Source of the DNA: an uncultured Burkholderiaceae bacterium
GTDB lineage: Bacteria; Pseudomonadota; Gammaproteobacteria; Burkholderiales; Burkholderiaceae_C
Length of the DNA stretch: 64,000 bases
NCBI GenBank assembly: GCA_965284315.1
Contig: OZ260072.1
Span: 1,869,243 to 1,933,242, forward strand
Direction: 5' to 3'
The translations under genes and the position numbers were made by a program. Shown piece by piece: positions 28,855 through 37,595 of this stretch; the first letter of the stretch is position 1, and each line of letters begins with the position of its first letter. Below the pieces are notes generated by a model. The model searched no databases. It was not told the DNA's origin and was given only the letters and a program-made list of their open reading frames with translations.

Positions 28855-31272
28855 TTAAGCGTCGGTCAGAGGGGCCGATGGCGAGTTGTAAATCGGCAGC
28901 TCTTCGGGCATGTGCGATTCCAGGCTTGGGTTCAGTTCGCGGTTGATGTCGGCCCAGGCGTTGGCCACAGCGGCCAATGCAGAAGGGGCACTCAGTTCAC
29001 CGGCACCACCCACGCGGTTGTCATTGATGTTGACAAACACGGTTGGGTTGAACTTGTAAGCGCACTCGCGCATGCGGTTCCAGTAGTAGTTCAAGAACGT
29101 GCTTTGCTGCGCAGCGCCATCAACAAAAGTGATTTTGCTGAAGTACACCATCGCGATGGCGTCGGCCAGAGCACCTTCGGCCATGGACGCACCACCCGAT
29201 GGGTTGGTGACCTTGCCCATGTCCACGGCAGCCCAGACTTCCTTCACGGTCGGTGGCACTTTCTTGATGTCGGCGTTGCGGGCCAGTTCTGACACCACGA
29301 TCTGCATGGAAGCGCTGTTCCATTCTTCGTGGCAACCGAAACCAATGCCTTGCACGGTGCTGGCACCACTGGCGTTGTGCGCTTTAACAGCCGCTGCAGC
29401 GGCGTCGTAGGTGGCCTTCATCTCGTTGAAGATGCCACGCAGGCGCTCGGACTTGAAGTACTTGAGGCGCAGCTCAAACGGGTTTTGACCCGTTTTGCGT
29501 GCCAGCTCGTCCATGAAGATTTCCTTGCCGCCCTGGCCGCTCACGCTGTACACGGCGCGCATGGCGCCGGTTGGGAACGGTGCCACGACTTCGCGGAAAG
29601 CTTCTGTGGTGTTGAACGAGTACGGCGATGGTGCCGACAGCGGGAAATAGTCGAAACCGGTCTGGTTGGTCGCCGACAGTAGGGTTTCCGTCGGGGTGTT
29701 GTCCACGCCAGAGGGCAGTTCGCACAGGATCGAGACAAACTTGTGGTTCAGGCTCAGGATGGATTTGCCGTCAGAACCAATGTTGGCAATGTAGCGGCTG
29801 AAGGTGGGCGGACGGTATGGGCACATGCGCAGATCGTCGTTGCGCGACCACATCACCTTGATACGGTTGGTGGTCACACCCTTGGCATTGGTCAAACCAC
29901 CCATCTTGCGGACAGCATCGGCGATGCGTGCGGACTCGGCAGACGATTCCACCAGCAGGTTGCGACCGAAGTGGCCGTAACCTTGTGTCACGTTGAGCAA
30001 CACCTTGGTAGGCGACAGGTCAAGACCAACCTGTTGGGCCAACTGTTGGCGGTTGAAACGCGGTACCTGCGATGCCCACCAGGCTTGCAGGCTGGTGCAA
30101 GGCCCGCTCTTGTCGCCGTAGGCTTCTGCCACACCAGCTTGCGTACCCAGGGTACCTTGGGCGTGGAAGCCCACGAAGAAACCACGCTTCACTTGCTTTG
30201 CGGCCAGCAATTTGCCGCCAGCGGGATCAGGACCCACGGCGTCTTTCAGCTTCTGGTTCAGCATGGGGGTGCTGAAACGGGCTGCGGTGCCTGGCTTCCA
30301 GGTGATCAGGTCTCGGGCCATGATCTGGTCACGGGCTTCCAGCGCGTCACCGAATGTGTCGGCCGCAATGCCCACGCCGGTGTAAATGGTGAAACCATTT
30401 TTGTTGGAGTTGAAGGGAATCACGGCCTTGACCAGCTTCGTGCCGTCTGGCTTGGTCAGGTTCATGATGGCCGCGGTGTCCACCTTGTCTGGTGCACCAC
30501 GGGTTTGCAGTGAGTGCATCACCAGCACGTTCACCGCATCCATTTGCGTGTCGATGGTGTACTTGAGGCTACCGTTGTAGATGGCCTTGCTGTCAATGCG
30601 TGGGATGCCAGTGCCTGGAACAAGGTCCGCGCTGTTGCCGCGAATTTTCATGCCTTTGCCCAGGAGACCACCGGCTTTTTGACCGCCTGCATCAACACCA
30701 TATGCCCAGGCAGATGCCACGGGGCGCGAGCCGAGGGTTGCGGCAGCTGCAGCAGGAGCCAAAGAGGCAAAAGTTTTGCCGCCAGCGGTTGGACCACCAG
30801 CGCCAGATGCGATAGGACCGCCGACAGCCAGCATGCGGGCGCGCAGTTCAGCGCCAACGGTACGAACTGGGTCGGTCAGCAGACGGGTTGAGCCAGAAGC
30901 GCCCACCAGCGTGGTGGTGAAGGCAGTGGCTTTTGCGGTCGTGAAGGATTGGCCAATCACATCGCTGACTGGAATGCCAATTTCGTCGGCCAACAGGATG
31001 GCCATGGAGGTCAAAATGCCTTGGCCCGATTCAACGCGTGGGATCGTCAGGATCACCTTGTTGTCGCTGCGAATCGCAACGTACGCGTTCATCTCTACAG
31101 ATGTTGTTTCAGCAGCCGTGGCGTCTGATGCGTCCGTGGCGAGCTTGACGCCAATGGTCAACGCGGCTGGTGTTGCCACCACCCAGGTCATGAAATTCCG
31201 GCGGTCAACTTTTGGTGTGCTGACCTCGGCGCTTGTGTTGTCGCTCTGAGGAACAAGGAGTTCAGTGTTCAT
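28855..31272 (-). CDS. xanthine dehydrogenase family molybdopterin-binding subunit (IorB-like), Tat-exported
   Basis: Tat signal RRNFMTWVVATPAALTIGV. IorB-like N-terminal motif (VAIRSDNKVILTIPRVESGQGILTSMAILLADE). 805 aa. Confidence 0.85.
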   Translation of the reverse strand: MNTELLVPQSDNTSAEVSTPKVDRRNFMTWVVATPAALTIGVKLATDASDATAAETTSVEMNAYVAIRSDNKVILTIPRVESGQGILTSMAILLADEIGIPVSDVIGQSFTTAKATAFTTTLVGASGSTRLLTDPVRTVGAELRARMLAVGGPIASGAGGPTAGGKTFASLAPAAAAATLGSRPVASAWAYGVDAGGQKAGGLLGKGMKIRGNSADLVPGTGIPRIDSKAIYNGSLKYTIDTQMDAVNVLVMHSLQTRGAPDKVDTAAIMNLTKPDGTKLVKAVIPFNSNKNGFTIYTGVGIAADTFGDALEARDQIMARDLITWKPGTAARFSTPMLNQKLKDAVGPDPAGGKLLAAKQVKRGFFVGFHAQGTLGTQAGVAEAYGDKSGPCTSLQAWWASQVPRFNRQQLAQQVGLDLSPTKVLLNVTQGYGHFGRNLLVESSAESARIADAVRKMGGLTNAKGVTTNRIKVMWSRNDDLRMCPYRPPTFSRYIANIGSDGKSILSLNHKFVSILCELPSGVDNTPTETLLSATNQTGFDYFPLSAPSPYSFNTTEAFREVVAPFPTGAMRAVYSVSGQGGKEIFMDELARKTGQNPFELRLKYFKSERLRGIFNEMKATYDAAAAAVKAHNASGASTVQGIGFGCHEEWNSASMQIVVSELARNADIKKVPPTVKEVWAAVDMGKVTNPSGGASMAEGALADAIAMVYFSKITFVDGAAQQSTFLNYYWNRMRECAYKFNPTVFVNINDNRVGGAGELSAPSALAAVANAWADINRELNPSLESHMPEELPIYNSPSAPLTDA

Positions 31273-31418
31273 AGTACCTTCTGTAGTGCTAAAGGTTTAG
31301 GAAAATCCCAGCGCCGAGTGTAGGTAGCCATTCCCCCAGAAACTCTAGGGAAAACCATTAGCTTGGGTAAACCACTATTAAACAAATGTGAAATTTGGCA
31401 CGGTTTAGTGAGCGCAGT

Positions 31419-31433
31419 GTCTCAAATTGAGAC
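31419..31433. promoter_or_regulatory. palindrome in the long leader/promoter region of the Mo-enzyme operon
   Basis: GTCTCAA-A-TTGAGAC. A second palindrome, GCACCGGTGC, lies at 31452-31461. Confidence 0.3.
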
Positions 31434-31628
31434 TGTAACGGTCTCTTGTGTGCACCGGTGCGCAGCACAAACGCCCAGTTGTCAGTCTATTGAATTACTG
31501 TGGGCGGGCCAATGAAGCCATAGGTTCGCGCTGACAGAGCCCACCTGAATGCCATTTTGTAAGCCTTGCCGGCGCATTCCGGTAAAACTTTCTCCCTAGC
31601 CACCCGCCAATGGAACTGTTTAGGGGGG

Positions 31629-32117
31629 TTAGCGCTTGGGGGGTGTCGCGCGCGCGGCCGCCGCGTCCTTGGGGGTTGGCATGTCGAGCGTCAACACGGG
31701 GGGGCCGTCCACACTGGCAGCGAGTTGGGCGCGGCGGGGTGACACTGCGCTCAGCACCAGCCCATCGGTGACGGTGCTGCCCACCTGGTAGGGTTTGGGT
31801 GGTTTGCCGTCAATGCCAATCAACGCAGCGGCGCTGTCTTCGCCGGCAATCACGCCCAGCAATGCCAGGCGGCTGGCCACTGTCGGTGCTGCGACGATGG
31901 CCACCTGGGCTTCGACTGCTCCCATCAGTTTGGCCACGGCGGATGCATCCACCAGCGCGCCCTCGTTGTTGGGCAGCAGCGAGGCGATGGCCGCACGGTC
32001 TGCCAATGCGCTGCCAGGCATGCGTCCGCTCCACTGCAAACCCCAGGCCACAGCACTGCCCATGGCCAAAGCCCAGACCAAAAATGCCAACCCAAGAGAC
32101 CAAGTTTTGCTTTGCAT
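31629..32117 (-). CDS. gspC: type II secretion system protein GspC (HR domain only, no PDZ)
   Basis: N-terminal TM helix and HR-like segment RLALLGVIAGEDSAAALIGIDGKPPKPYQVGSTVTDGLVLSAV. Divergent from gspG. Confidence 0.65.
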   Translation of the reverse strand: MQSKTWSLGLAFLVWALAMGSAVAWGLQWSGRMPGSALADRAAIASLLPNNEGALVDASAVAKLMGAVEAQVAIVAAPTVASRLALLGVIAGEDSAAALIGIDGKPPKPYQVGSTVTDGLVLSAVSPRRAQLAASVDGPPVLTLDMPTPKDAAAARATPPKR

Positions 32118-32182
32118 GCAACGATTATGATCCAGCTCAATCACAATACCGCGTGTGCATAACCACTGACCGATTGGCTTTT

Positions 32183-32611
32183 ATGAAGTTGTCTGCAAAA
32201 CGAATGGCGCGGGGTTTTACCCTGATCGAGTTGATGGTCGTGCTGGTCATCATTGGTGTACTGGCTGCGCTGATTGTTCCCAACGTGCTGGACCGTGCTG
32301 ACGACGCGCGGGTGACCGCCGCCCGCACCGATGTCAACAACATGGTGCAGGCCCTGAAGCTCTACAAACTCGACAACCAGCGCTTTCCCACCGCCGAGCA
32401 AGGTCTGCAGGCGCTGGTGACCAAGCCCACGGTTGGGCCGATTCCACCCAACTGGCGCCCTTACCTCGACAAGTTGCCCAAGGACGCATGGGGCCAGCCA
32501 TACCAGTACCTGAATCCAGGTGTACACCAGGAAATTGACGTGTTGTCGTTCGGGGCGGACGGGCAGGCCGGCGGTGAAGGGAAAAATGCCGACATCGGCA
32601 GCTGGCAATAA
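32183..32611 (+). CDS. gspG: type II secretion major pseudopilin GspG
   Basis: Prepilin leader plus GFTLIELMVVLVIIGVLAALIVP and the conserved GspG body (DAWGQPYQY, SFGADGQ). Confidence 0.93.
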   Translation: MKLSAKRMARGFTLIELMVVLVIIGVLAALIVPNVLDRADDARVTAARTDVNNMVQALKLYKLDNQRFPTAEQGLQALVTKPTVGPIPPNWRPYLDKLPKDAWGQPYQYLNPGVHQEIDVLSFGADGQAGGEGKNADIGSWQ

Positions 32612-32633
32612 AACCACCTGGCGCCCTACGTGA

Positions 32634-33086
32634 ATGCGATGCATGAATGGCTTTTCTGTCACGTCAGACCATCGCACGCGCGGTTTCACGCTGCTCGAGT
32701 TGTTGGTCGTCATTGCCTTGATTGCCATTGCGTCTGCCAGTGTCAGCTTTGCCTTCCGTGACTCGTCCGACACCCAGCTCCAGCGTGAAGCGGACCGCCT
32801 GGCAGCGCTGCTGGACTCGGCCCGCAGCCGCTCGCGCACCTTGGGCATGCCGGTGTACTGGCGTGCTGTGCCGGGTGGTTTTCGGTTCGAAGGCCTGCCA
32901 CTGGGCACCTTGCCCGAGCGCTGGCTGGTCGATGGCACGACCGTGGTCAACAACGGTGTGCTGATCCTGGGGCCTGAGCCCATCCTCGCGCGGCAGGGGA
33001 CGGTCATCGCGCTGCAGGGACGGCGCCTGCTGGTGGCAACCGACGGTGTGCGCCCGTTTGTGGTTCTGCCAGTGGGGGCGCCATGA
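32634..33086 (+). CDS. gspH: type II secretion minor pseudopilin GspH
   Basis: GFTLLELLVVIALIAI prepilin N-terminus; position after gspG. Confidence 0.8.
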   Translation: MRCMNGFSVTSDHRTRGFTLLELLVVIALIAIASASVSFAFRDSSDTQLQREADRLAALLDSARSRSRTLGMPVYWRAVPGGFRFEGLPLGTLPERWLVDGTTVVNNGVLILGPEPILARQGTVIALQGRRLLVATDGVRPFVVLPVGAP

Positions 33087-33448
33087 CACGCCCGTATCTG
33101 TCACGCGGTTTCACATTGATTGAGGTGCTGGTCGCGCTGGGCATTGTCTCGGTGGCGCTGATTGCCGGCATGCAGGCCAGCAGCGCGCTGACACGCAATG
33201 CCCAGCGGCAGGCCGATGGCTTGTTGGCGGAACTGTGCGCTGAGAACGAGTTGGTCAAAATCCGCTTGGCCGAGCAGTTTCCTGGTGTCGGTGAGAGCAC
33301 TTTCACCTGCACCCAGGTCGAACGTGTGCTGGAGGGGCGGTTGACCGTGGCGACCACGCCCAACCCTAATTTTCTGCGTGTCGATGCGCAGGTGTTTGAT
33401 GGGCCGTACAGCCTGTTGCGCATCTCTACCGTGGTGGGGCGTTTCTGA
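33083..33448 (+). CDS. gspI: type II secretion minor pseudopilin GspI
   Basis: GFTLIEVLVALGIVSVAL. ATGA overlap with gspH. Confidence 0.85.
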   Translation: MTRPYLSRGFTLIEVLVALGIVSVALIAGMQASSALTRNAQRQADGLLAELCAENELVKIRLAEQFPGVGESTFTCTQVERVLEGRLTVATTPNPNFLRVDAQVFDGPYSLLRISTVVGRF

Positions 33449-34125
33449 TGGCACGTCTTGCAAGACCGGCTGCGGGATTCACCCTGATCGAGCTCCTGGT
33501 CACGATCAGCATCATGGCCTTGATGACCCTGCTGAGCTGGCGTGGCATCGACGGCATGATGCGAACCAAAGACCAGCTGTCGGCGCGCAGCGACCAGGTG
33601 ATGACGCTGCAGACCGCCCTGACCCAGTGGACGGTGGACCTCGACAACCTGGCCGAAACCCGCGTGGTGAGCGCGGCGGACTACGACGGCAGCGTGCTGC
33701 GCATGACACGCCGTGATGCGGTCAGCCCAGCCGAGGGCTTGCGGGTGGTGGCGTGGACCCGCCGTCTTGCGGACGGCAATGCCTTCTGGGTGCGCTGGCA
33801 GTCACCCAACGTCCGAACCCAGTCTGACTTGTTGGCGGCCTGGGCCAAGGCGCAGCAATGGGGCCGAGAGCCAACGCCCGAAGACCGCGCCTTGGACATC
33901 CCCCTCGCGGTGCTGACCGATTGGCAGCTCTTTTATTACCGCGACAATGCCTGGAGCAACCCCCTCTCCAGCGCGGCGGACCCCAACCAACCTGTGGCCA
34001 GTGGACTGAATGCGCCACCCAAAGGGGTCAGGCTGGTGTTGGCCCTGGCGCCCGGTCAGCCGTTCGCGGGTGTTTTGACCCGCGATTGGGTGAGACCGCT
34101 GGTGGGTGGCGGGAAATCGCTGTGA
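33448..34125 (+). CDS. gspJ: type II secretion minor pseudopilin GspJ
   Basis: GFTLIELLVTISIMALM. 1-nt overlap with gspI (TGATG). Confidence 0.85.
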   Translation: MARLARPAAGFTLIELLVTISIMALMTLLSWRGIDGMMRTKDQLSARSDQVMTLQTALTQWTVDLDNLAETRVVSAADYDGSVLRMTRRDAVSPAEGLRVVAWTRRLADGNAFWVRWQSPNVRTQSDLLAAWAKAQQWGREPTPEDRALDIPLAVLTDWQLFYYRDNAWSNPLSSAADPNQPVASGLNAPPKGVRLVLALAPGQPFAGVLTRDWVRPLVGGGKSL

Positions 34126-35090
34126 GCCCTAAAAATACCCAGATGGGCGCAGCGCTGCTGACGGCCATGTTGACCGTGACACTGGTCGCGAGTTTTGCTG
34201 CCACCGCGCTGTGGCAGCAGTTCCGCAGCGTTGAGGTGGAGCGTGCCGAGCGCGAGCGTGTGCAGGCGACCTGGATTTTGAACGGTGCCCTGGACTGGGC
34301 GCGCCTGATCCTGCGTGAAGACGCCCGTTCCGGTGGGGCGGATTCGTTGTCTGAACCCTGGGCGGTACCGCTGGCCGAATCGCGCTTGTCCAGCTTTCTG
34401 GCGGCCGACCGCAACAACACCGACGACGACACTTCCGACACTTTTTTGTCGGGCCAGATCGTGGATGCGCAGTCGCGTTTGAATGTGGCCAACCTGCTCG
34501 ATGGTGGCAAACCGTCCCAGCTCGGCTTGCAGAGCTTTGCCCGGTTGTTCCAGGTGCTGGGTTTGCCAGAAGGTGAATTGAACCTGTTGGTCAACAATTT
34601 CCAGTTGGCAATGACCAGCACCGGTGGCGGGGGCAATGTTCCGCTGAGGCCCTTGCGCACGGATCAGTTGATCTGGCTCGGCATTGCCCCTGAAACACTG
34701 GCCCGACTCAAGCCTTTTGTGGTGCTGCTTCCCGTCAACACACCGGTCAACCTGAACACCGCTGGTGTCGAGGTGGTGTACGCCAGCATTCCGACCATCA
34801 CAATGGCCGATGCGCGCAAGTTGGTGGAGCAGCGCACCAAAACGCCATTCCGCTCCTTGTCGGAAGTGGGCATCTTCATGGTGGAGCTCGCCGGTTTGCT
34901 GACCGAAAGTCAGCAAAGTGTGTCCAGCCGCATGTTCGAGGTGTATGGTCGGCTGCGGATTGACAAGACCGTGATCCAGGAGCTCTCGCTGGTGGAGCGA
35001 GAGAATCTCAATGTGACGGCGCTTTACCGGGAACGCAGCGCTTTCGTGGACAACCCTGCCGCGGCCCAGGCCGACAGCACTCTAAAATAA
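34122..35090 (+). CDS. gspK: type II secretion minor pseudopilin GspK
   Basis: GAALLTAMLTVTLVA N-terminal helix and GspK-like body. GTG at 34122 overlaps the gspJ stop (an ATG at 34143 is an alternative start). Confidence 0.85.
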   Translation: MSPKNTQMGAALLTAMLTVTLVASFAATALWQQFRSVEVERAERERVQATWILNGALDWARLILREDARSGGADSLSEPWAVPLAESRLSSFLAADRNNTDDDTSDTFLSGQIVDAQSRLNVANLLDGGKPSQLGLQSFARLFQVLGLPEGELNLLVNNFQLAMTSTGGGGNVPLRPLRTDQLIWLGIAPETLARLKPFVVLLPVNTPVNLNTAGVEVVYASIPTITMADARKLVEQRTKTPFRSLSEVGIFMVELAGLLTESQQSVSSRMFEVYGRLRIDKTVIQELSLVERENLNVTALYRERSAFVDNPAAAQADSTLK

Positions 35091-35094
35091 TTCA

Positions 35095-36282
35095 ATGTCT
35101 TCGCTGATCGTCGTTCTCCCTGCTCCCGGAAGCCGTGTCAGCGCTGACTACGTCTACGCACTCACGCCCGATGGGCAAAGCCTCGCTGACCATGGCGTGG
35201 CACCTGCCAACCTGTTGCCAGACGCCACCGAACTGGTGGCGGTGGTGCCGGCCAAAATGGTGTCGTGGCACCGGCCCATCATTCCCAAAGCGCCGGCCAA
35301 CCGTTTGAGCGAGGTGCTGCAAGGCGCACTCGAAGAGAACCTGCTCGACGATCCGGAAACCCTGCACCTGGCACTGGCGCCGGGCGCGCGTTCGGCGCTG
35401 GGCAGCGGCGAGCCGATCTGGGTGGCTGCGTGCGACAAGGACTGGCTGCGGGAGGTGCTGGAAGGGCTGGAAACCGTGGGTTTGCGTGTCACGCGCATCG
35501 TGCCCGAGGTGGTGCCTGAGCTGGACCAGTGGTGGGTGCATGGCACGCCGCAGTCGGCCTGGTGTGCGCAGTCAGACGCCCAGGGCGTGGCGGTGTTGCC
35601 GTTGGCGGCGGTGCCGTCGGCCACCGTGCCAGGCGTGTTTGCCGAACCCGCTGTGGCGGCTTTGGCAGAGCAGACGCTGGGCGTCAAGGTGACGATTCGC
35701 CAGATGCCGCAGCAGCTGGTGCTGGCCGCACAGACCGACTGGAACCTGGCGCAGTTTGATCTGGCCACTGCCGGTCGCAAAGGCGCCAGCCAGCGCCTGC
35801 TGCATGGCTGGCAACTGTTTGCGCTGGCGCCGCAATGGCGGGCCTTGCGCTGGGGGCTCGGTGCCCTGTTTGTGGTCCAGCTGGTGGCCATCAATGGCCT
35901 GGCCTGGAGCGAAAAATCGGCGCTGAACGCCAAGCGCGCAGAGCTGCGCAAGATTTACCTGGACACCTTCCCGCAGAGCCAGGTGGTGCTCGACCCTGTG
36001 GCGCAAATGACGCGCGATGTGTCCGCCTTGCAGCAGGCGGTGGGGCAGGTCACTTACCGTGACATGGAGGTGATGCTGTCGTACGCGGCAGTGGTCTTGC
36101 CAGCCGGGCGCACGCCCAGTGCGGTGGAGTTCAAGCCGGGTGAAATCAGGCTCAATGGCATCAGCATCACGCCAGACGAACTCAAGGGCATGGACACGCG
36201 CTTGCGCGAAGCCGGCTACCAGATGACCAGCCAGGCCGACGGGCTGGTGCTCACCTTCAACCCAAACAAGGCCCGCCTGTGA
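35095..36282 (+). CDS. gspL: type II secretion system protein GspL
   Basis: Size, position, cytoplasmic actin-like N-terminal domain, and a single TM helix (WGLGALFVVQLVAINGLAW). Confidence 0.8.
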   Translation: MSSLIVVLPAPGSRVSADYVYALTPDGQSLADHGVAPANLLPDATELVAVVPAKMVSWHRPIIPKAPANRLSEVLQGALEENLLDDPETLHLALAPGARSALGSGEPIWVAACDKDWLREVLEGLETVGLRVTRIVPEVVPELDQWWVHGTPQSAWCAQSDAQGVAVLPLAAVPSATVPGVFAEPAVAALAEQTLGVKVTIRQMPQQLVLAAQTDWNLAQFDLATAGRKGASQRLLHGWQLFALAPQWRALRWGLGALFVVQLVAINGLAWSEKSALNAKRAELRKIYLDTFPQSQVVLDPVAQMTRDVSALQQAVGQVTYRDMEVMLSYAAVVLPAGRTPSAVEFKPGEIRLNGISITPDELKGMDTRLREAGYQMTSQADGLVLTFNPNKARL

Positions 36283-36764
36283 GCCGTTTTTCCGACCTCC
36301 GCCTACCGGGTTGGTGGCAGTCCATTCCGTCCGAGACGCGCACGCTGGGTGTCCTGGTGTCGGCTGCGCTGGCCGTGGTGCTGCTGTCTGCGCTGACCAT
36401 TCTCCCGTCCCTGAAGGTGTTGCGGCTGGCGCCGGCTGACCACCAGCAACTGGATCAGCAGCTGGACCTGATGCGCAATCTGGCGACGCAGGCACAAAGC
36501 GCCAAGGCCCAGCCCAAACCCGGTGCCGACGACGCGCTGAAGTTCCTGGACACCGCGGTCAAACAGTCGCTGGCAGCGACCGCCCAAATGACAGTGTCGG
36601 GCGACCGCGCCACCATCACGCTCAAAAACGCCACGCCCGAATCGGTCACCGCCTGGCTGACCGCCGTGCGTGCTACTGGTCGGCTGTTGCCTGCCGAAGC
36701 CAAACTCAGCCGGAGCGACGCGGGTTGGAGTGGCCAGTTGGTCGTCAACCTGCCGCAGAAGTGA
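36279..36764 (+). CDS. gspM: type II secretion system protein GspM
   Basis: GTGA overlap with gspL. N-terminal TM helix plus a periplasmic domain; position in the cluster. Confidence 0.75.
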   Translation: MSRFSDLRLPGWWQSIPSETRTLGVLVSAALAVVLLSALTILPSLKVLRLAPADHQQLDQQLDLMRNLATQAQSAKAQPKPGADDALKFLDTAVKQSLAATAQMTVSGDRATITLKNATPESVTAWLTAVRATGRLLPAEAKLSRSDAGWSGQLVVNLPQK

Positions 36765-36772
36765 GCCGGACC

Positions 36773-37591
36773 ATGGTGACCCGCCCACGTTCCCCTGCCG
36801 TTGCCGCACCCGCCGGGTCGCGGACGCGCCGGCTTGCCTGGTTTGGGGCATTGACAGGTGGCCTGCTGGCCATCGTGTTCTGGATGCCAGCCCATTGGCT
36901 GACCGGCGTCGTCAACCGCGCCTCACAGCAGCGCGTGGTGCTTGAAGACGCCCGTGGCACGGTTTGGACGGGTTCGGCCCGCCTGCTCGTCAGCGGTGGC
37001 GAGGGCAGCCGCGATGTGGCCGCCTTGCCAGGTCGGGTGGACTGGCGGCTGCGCCCCACTTTCACCGGCGCCTGGCTGGAGCTGCAGTCCACCTGCTGTA
37101 CCCGCGTACCGGTCGAGATCGATGCCAGTCCGCGTTGGAACGGTGCCGTGCTGCAAGTGGGGTCGTTGCAACTGCGCTGGCCGATGGGCCTGCTGGCGGG
37201 GCTGGGGACACCCTGGAACACGGTGCAATTGCAGGGCAACCTCGACATGAATTCGGATGGCTTGACGCTGGCCTGGGACAGCGGTCGCTTGCAGGCCACC
37301 GGCCAGGTGCGCATGGAGGCGACCGACGTGGCGTCCCGGTTGTCCACCCTGCGGCCGCTTGGCAGCTACCTGCTGGAATTGGTGGCGCCCGGTCCGGGGC
37401 AGGACCCAAGCCTGAGCCTGAAAACACTCAGTGGCAATTTGATTCTCACTGGCCAGGGCCAGTGGGTGGGTGCGCGGCTCCGGTTTTCGGGTGAAGCGAC
37501 CGCCGTGGAAGGGCGCGAAGCGGCCCTGGACAATTTACTCAATATCATCGGGCGCAGAAGCGGCGCGCGCTCCATCATTACCGTGGGCTGA
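36773..37591 (+). CDS. gspN: type II secretion system protein GspN
   Basis: N-terminal TM helix (LAWFGALTGGLLAIVFW); position between gspM and gspD. A GTG at 36761 is an alternative start. Confidence 0.7.
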   Translation: MVTRPRSPAVAAPAGSRTRRLAWFGALTGGLLAIVFWMPAHWLTGVVNRASQQRVVLEDARGTVWTGSARLLVSGGEGSRDVAALPGRVDWRLRPTFTGAWLELQSTCCTRVPVEIDASPRWNGAVLQVGSLQLRWPMGLLAGLGTPWNTVQLQGNLDMNSDGLTLAWDSGRLQATGQVRMEATDVASRLSTLRPLGSYLLELVAPGPGQDPSLSLKTLSGNLILTGQGQWVGARLRFSGEATAVEGREAALDNLLNIIGRRSGARSIITVG

Positions 37592-37595
37592 CCTC

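Noticed and set aside
31273-31628. Moco riboswitch upstream of the molybdoenzyme operon
   Set aside because: Reading the minus strand, I could not find the conserved Moco-motif blocks or an RBS-sequestering helix. Only an Infernal scan could settle this.
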